64,000 nt of DNA from assembly GCA_964247055.1 (NCBI GenBank), contig OZ176051.1:9176001-9240000 (forward strand), given 5' to 3'. The first letter of the stretch is position 1. The number at the start of each line of letters is the position of its first letter. The position numbers were made by a program, and so were the translations under genes. Shown piece by piece: positions 51,356 through 64,000 of the stretch. This DNA is from Paragordius varius. Its lineage: Eukaryota; Animalia; Nematomorpha. Below the pieces are notes generated by a model. That model saw nothing but the letters and a program-made list of their open reading frames with translations, made no database searches and was not told the origin of the DNA.

Positions 51356-53269
51356 CAGTGGCGGAACTATAAATTGTGAACTCTCCCGCAAAATTTAATA
51401 CTGGCCCCCCTACCCCTAAAATCGTTTGCAATTATCTTTTCACCTGGCGCATCACTTAGATTTGTAAAGATATATTATATTTAAAAATGATAATATTTAC
51501 ATTATTGGCATCCTGAATCTAAAAGTTTTGCGTTCCTGGAATTATTATATATGATGGCTAGTACCCACCCGCCCACCGCCGATTCCTCAGTCTTAACGTT
51601 CATTTTTAATAAATAACCTATTAAGAGCATGTATTAATCAGCAAATCATCATTTAAAATTTCGTCTTCTCGATGTTGCGTGAGCAAATTTTCTAATTATA
51701 TCCTATCCATTTGATCCGCCATCTCCGCTTCGATTGCGGGTAATGATTTGCTCAATTTTTTTTCAGCCATCGTGCTTCTAATATAATGTTCAATTATTTT
51801 TAACTTTGAGAATGAACGTTCCGCTGTAGCATCCGTAATTGGTAAAGTCTAAAACAATAATGCTGTTATAACTTCATCACAACTGGCTGTAGCTGTTGGG
51901 TATATAATAATTATTAGCTATAATTGCCTGGCTTTGTTAATTTGAGCGATCTCATGCTTAAGCGAATTAGAAACTGAGACTATTTGAATAGGAAAATATT
52001 CACTCAAATCGTTTGGATAATTAATTATTAATATTTTGGCTGAATTGATAATTTCCACTCATTTTGGCTAACTTTGATAGAAGAATTGAAATTTACTAAT
52101 TAAATGGAATATGAATGTGCGGACCGCCAAGATTTTTAAAATTTTGAGAATGACCCGCTAAAACTGCCGACCCCTATTTTAGTGTGTTGTAAAAGTTTAT
52201 TAAAAATTTTATGTTTTAGAACTAAAAATAAATTTAAAAATAACATGCATCAAAGATTAAAAACATTATCAAAATAATGAACATTAATGTATACCAGCTA
52301 TATTGGCCAATTCACTTTACAGTAAAGTATGTGAAATATCAATCATTCTGTAAAATTTAATGAATATCTTCACGATGTATGCACGGAAAAACATTGTTTA
52401 CAAAATTATTGTTATTTTTTATACTTTGCTGTAATATGAATTGGACAACATAAATGTGAGTTGGCCTGCATCAAATTGCATATTATATTATCAAAATATA
52501 AATCGAGATTACTTGTTAGATGATATTGTTATGATGAATGTTTTTCTTTTTTCCCTCCTTTTTTTCACTATTAAAACTGCCAGAAATTAATGAAGAAACA
52601 AACAATTTCATTATGGCTAAAATGTAATGGATAATAATCAAATTACTTAATAATATTTAAATTTACATGAACCCATTTCCTCATAAAAAATATGTAAATT
52701 GTCTTTCGCACTACATTAAAAACAAAATATATTTTTGCGCTATATGAATATATTATTGCAAATGAGATTTTATTTGTAATTAACAGATGCAAAAAAATTA
52801 AATCTGTCAAAATTTTGTGAATTTTCATAAAACTATAATACCATAATATGTTATAACAAAATAATTTAGGACTTGAAAATTTATAAGCTTCACCTAATTT
52901 TTGGTGGCAACATTCTATACTCATTTATTTGTTTTTTAACTATTTTCACTTTTTTAAGGTGTTAACTGGAGATATAAGAGTGTTTATTAATTATCAACTT
53001 ATAATAAAACCGCTTATTGAGATAGTGAAAAAATGCATTTTTTCGCTTTTTCTTCTTCGCTCAATAACAATTCTCTTTATTCTTTGCCAATATACTTTCA
53101 ACAGGCAATCATTAGTTACATATGGGTAAATAAAAATAATAAATTTTAGGCCCACCGCAAAATAGAAAGGGGGCTTAAAATTGATATAAGAAATAAAAAA
53201 GGGCCCCTGTTTTAGCTTTGGGCCCCCCGCCCGAAATGCTCCCCCTAGCTCCCCGTAGTTTCGCCACTG
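51356..53269 (-). mobile_element. Non-autonomous hAT element with C-terminal dimerization-domain remnant
   Basis: TIR CAGTGGCGGAACTA / TAGTTTCGCCACTG; TSD GTTTGTTA / GTTAGTTA (7/8). The minus strand at ~51700-51850 reads LPITDATAERSFSKLKIIEHYIRSTM. Confidence 0.88.
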
Positions 53270-55730
53270 GTTAGTTAATAAATACGTAAAATACTTTATA
53301 ACTTTATGTGTAGGCTCCAAGGTGTCAAATTTTGCGTTCTAAAATAAGCTGATTTTACTTAGATTATTATATCAAATTTTATTATTTTAAATAAATGCCT
53401 ACAATATGAAAATTTTATTTTAAGAAAAGTTTTGTCAAAGAGATATTAATTCTTATGAAGCAAACATAGCAAAAACTTAATCTTATTGATTCAAATTAGC
53501 TATATGGTTTAATTGTTTTGATCCCTAATTGTATTAGAAGTTAACTGAAAAAATGAGGTTTATTTATCCAGTTGATAATTAAATTTAAATTAAAATACTC
53601 AAAACACTAATTATACAAATTGAGCTTTGGGATACTAGCCCAATACATCTCGGAAAAAATGTGAAAAGGTCATGACATATTTATATTTATATCGACAGAA
53701 AAATGGTTAAATTCGTACAATAAAGTTTCTTAATGCAAACATTTTCAAATTTCTCTATTATTACACAGCGTCCACAAAAAAACAACAAATAATATATATT
53801 CTTATGGGATAATGTTTTAGGATTTTCACTGCGCTTGTTTTAGTCCTTACGAATGAGTTATCACTAAAATTAATTATAAACTACAAAAGCCAAACAATAT
53901 TTTTAGAAATCTTATTTTTAGATGTGTGCTCCGAAAGTCCCAAATTTTTTGCCCTTCTAATATGGGCTAGTCCTCAACGCATATATGTCGGGCTTGCGCG
54001 ATAAAGATTTTAAATATATGAATTTTGATACCAATTAAAAATAATTTTAAAATAATGCCTACTTTTATAAAAATTTATTTTATAGAAAAATTTTTCTATG
54101 TACAAACTATTTAGAGGCATAATAAAAACGCTTCATATTAACACTTGTATATATAATTTGATGATTCTGAACCATTTTTACCCCGAAATTCGAATTTTCG
54201 TTGGTTTTTCATGTAAAAAAATCATTTTTTATGAAAATTTACCAAAATTTGAAAGGTTATACCAAATTCTGATATGATAGCTACGTTCAGCCATCGAAAA
54301 ATGCAGAAAAAGTTTTTTTAAGCTTAAATGTTATATTATACCGTTTTCATAATATGAAATACGCTTCATCAAAATTTTGCTTTAATTTGGAAAATGTATG
54401 TATGCATTTTAAATAAATATTTTTATTTGATCCCATAATTTATCATATTGAAAATTTTTATCGCACGATATAAGCCTTTTTGCGTTGATCTTAAGTCCAT
54501 TTAAGTAGAGCGTAAAAATTTGGGACTCCTTCAAAGCCCATATCTAATAACTAAAATTAATAAATATTGTTTTGCTTTATATAGGTATTATATTGCTACT
54601 CTTTTGGAATGATGCATTTAGCTCTGACCAAAATTGCTCAACAAAATGTAAATTTCGCCATGTGGATCCCTTACCACTTAAAGTGTAAGTACTTAAATGA
54701 ATCGTAAGCACCATGAGAATATTGTATTTATTTATCAGAATAGACATTTTATCAGGATATTTTTAACACTCTATTATATTTGGGTAGTTTTATACCGCAA
54801 AGCCATTTAAAATTGAATATCAAAAGTAATTAAGGTATAAAGACGAATTTAAAATATGCTTTCTTTATTTTAGGTACATTATACAATTTTTTTTAAAAAT
54901 GAAAATTATAAAAAAATCCTCATCTCAAACTTTTTTGCCGCCATTTTTTTTCAATTAATATATTTTTGCTAATGCAACAGGCAAAAATGTTTATTATGGT
55001 TGGAAAATGTAAATAATTAATTTTATAAAGTTTCAGGCTATATTATAGCAAAAACTTGATATATTTTGATTTTAATATCAGCTGTTCATTTCAGTATTTT
55101 CGAGCTGTTCCATTTTGAGGCTAGAAGTCACAAAGCTGTAAAAATTTTAAGTGTTTTTATCTAATACATGAGAAAAATGTTTGATAATTTAATTATAACT
55201 AAAATAACAAACAAATAAGTAGTCTATACAAAATCGAGCTCTGGGATATAAAACTACCCCAAAATGTAGGACAAAAGTGAAAGGTTATCAAATGTTAATT
55301 CCCTTTGGTCACGGTGCTTATAAATTGTAATATTTAAAAAATTTTACACAAATACGAACGTTTAAGTTGGCTAAGGTGATATAATTGTGCAGCATAATCG
55401 AATTACATAGAAAAAATGTTTTAATAAATCAAGCAATTTATACCGTTTCAATCATGCTTCAAAATAGTATAAAGTACGGTTCCAACAGTTGTTAAATTTG
55501 TAAGCAAATCTATTCTTTTGATTTTTTTGTTGTCAAATTTCAGGATTCAAACATATATTTAATATCGGAAATTTTGCTACTTTTCAAAATTCGCCCTTTA
55601 TAGAGTCCAAAAATTTGAGTTCGGGGTCCTCATCTAAAAAAAAATTATAGTTTAAAATTGTCTTGTTTTCATATGTTATATTTTACTGATATTTGCGGAA
55701 TGAAGCATTTAACTTTCAACTTGCATGCAA

Positions 55731-56287
55731 GACATTAATTTCAGTCCTTCGATTCTTAGGGTAGTTGGATACCCCAGGCCTGTTTAAAATTAAATTCTTA
55801 AAAAATATAGAAGGAATCGAAACCATGGCAAAATATTGCGCCTAACATTCATAAACAGTAATATATATAAAAATTTATTCAAAAATACTTGATAATTTTT
55901 TTAATGTAAGACCTAAAGGTAAAATTTTAGTTAATGTAACATATGTCCATTGGCTATATTCAATAAAAATACAAAATAAACCATTTTTCCTATTTCCATC
56001 AATGTTAGATGTAATTTAAATAAAAAAATCAGCTTTAATAATTTTAACGTTGGAATCAAATAAACACGATATTTTGCAAAATGTTTGTAAAATAAAAATG
56101 GCGTCCAAGTAGTGTGAGATGAAACTTTTTTTTCAAAACGAAATTTATTTAGATATTTTGGCTTTTTTATATAATTTTTATTAGGATAGAAGCACAAACT
56201 TAAATGGGACTGTTTCTTTTAGTAGTTTTTCAAAAATATTATTATAAATTTAGGGGGTATTTAGATACCCCAATTTAAATCGAAGTG
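55731..56287. mobile_element. piggyBac-like MITE
   Basis: CAGTCCTTCGATTCTTAGGGTAGTTGGATACCCCAGG ... GGGGTATTTAGATACCCCAATTTAAATCGAAGTG|TTAA. Confidence 0.75.
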
Positions 56288-56982
56288 TTAAACATTTTAT
56301 TTAACAAAATGTGCGCAAATTTTGACGTTATTCCTGATATAATATTTTATCAGAATATAACATTTCGGCATATTTTTAGCTCCATATATTGTACGCAGTG
56401 TAAGTGTAAACTTTAGCATTGGTTTTTTTCCATATTTTTTGAAATATATGATTTTATACAGGTATGGGATCATTAGTACCCTAATATGTAAATACTGAAA
56501 TGAATGTGTTTTATCCCTGTGTTATAGCATTAAGGAACCAAAATCACATTGTGCACCAATCTTTTGTGTAATTTTACACTTCAGAATTGGCATGACAGCT
56601 ATATATTAATAATTGAGAGGTTTTTTAATGCAAAACAACAGAGAAAATTCTTTTTTAATTAATTTTTTACATATATTTTATATAATTTTTGCAATACTAT
56701 TGTCTAATGTCGCAAGTAAATAGCTATATTTGATCTACAAAAATGAATAACGATTTGATGTCAAAATGTGACAATTTTAAAGCTGAGATATTTTTAAAAT
56801 TATTTAATAAAAGTTAAGAAAAATAATGTTAAACTCTATGTTATATATTTTCCATACACGGTTCATATATAAAATATTTTAACTAATTTATTTTTTTGCG
56901 ATGAAGCTTTGAAAAACTTTAATTTATTGGTTCGTATATTTTTATAATTTTGAAATGTAGCATATGTTTAATTGAACCCCGT

Positions 56983-63943
<6,961 letters not shown>

Positions 63944-64000
63944 TAAATGGGTATAAATATTTGGAAAAGAATGGAAAAAACAACAAGAGCTCTATGGTAT

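Overview
Very AT-rich, transposon-laden eukaryotic (invertebrate animal) genomic DNA with spliceosomal introns. No prokaryotic operons, rRNA, tRNA or CRISPR array were seen. Two protein-coding genes can be built by hand. (1) Minus strand 48120->38812: a 9-exon secreted chitin deacetylase (CE4/NodB fold, no CBM14 or LDLa module). Its splice phases join the ~386-aa catalytic part in frame to three large exons encoding a ~1000-aa Cys-free, Lys/Asn/Ser/Thr-rich tail (4149 nt, 1382 aa in total). (2) Plus strand from ~56983: the 5' part of a GCKIII/STK24-25-26 Ste20 kinase that runs off the window end. A possible third gene or pseudogene (single-pass membrane protein) lies on the plus strand at ~34070-38540. 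Most of the rest is DNA-transposon debris: hAT elements with clear 8-bp TSDs, a piggyBac relic and its MITEs, Tc1/mariner-type palindromic MITEs, several foldback families that share a TA-TACC(A/G)TTT terminus and mostly carry 21-bp tandem arms, a dispersed element with a ~300-bp dimeric tandem array, and an RTE LINE 3' fragment. All calls come from manual reading and translation; no database searches were run.
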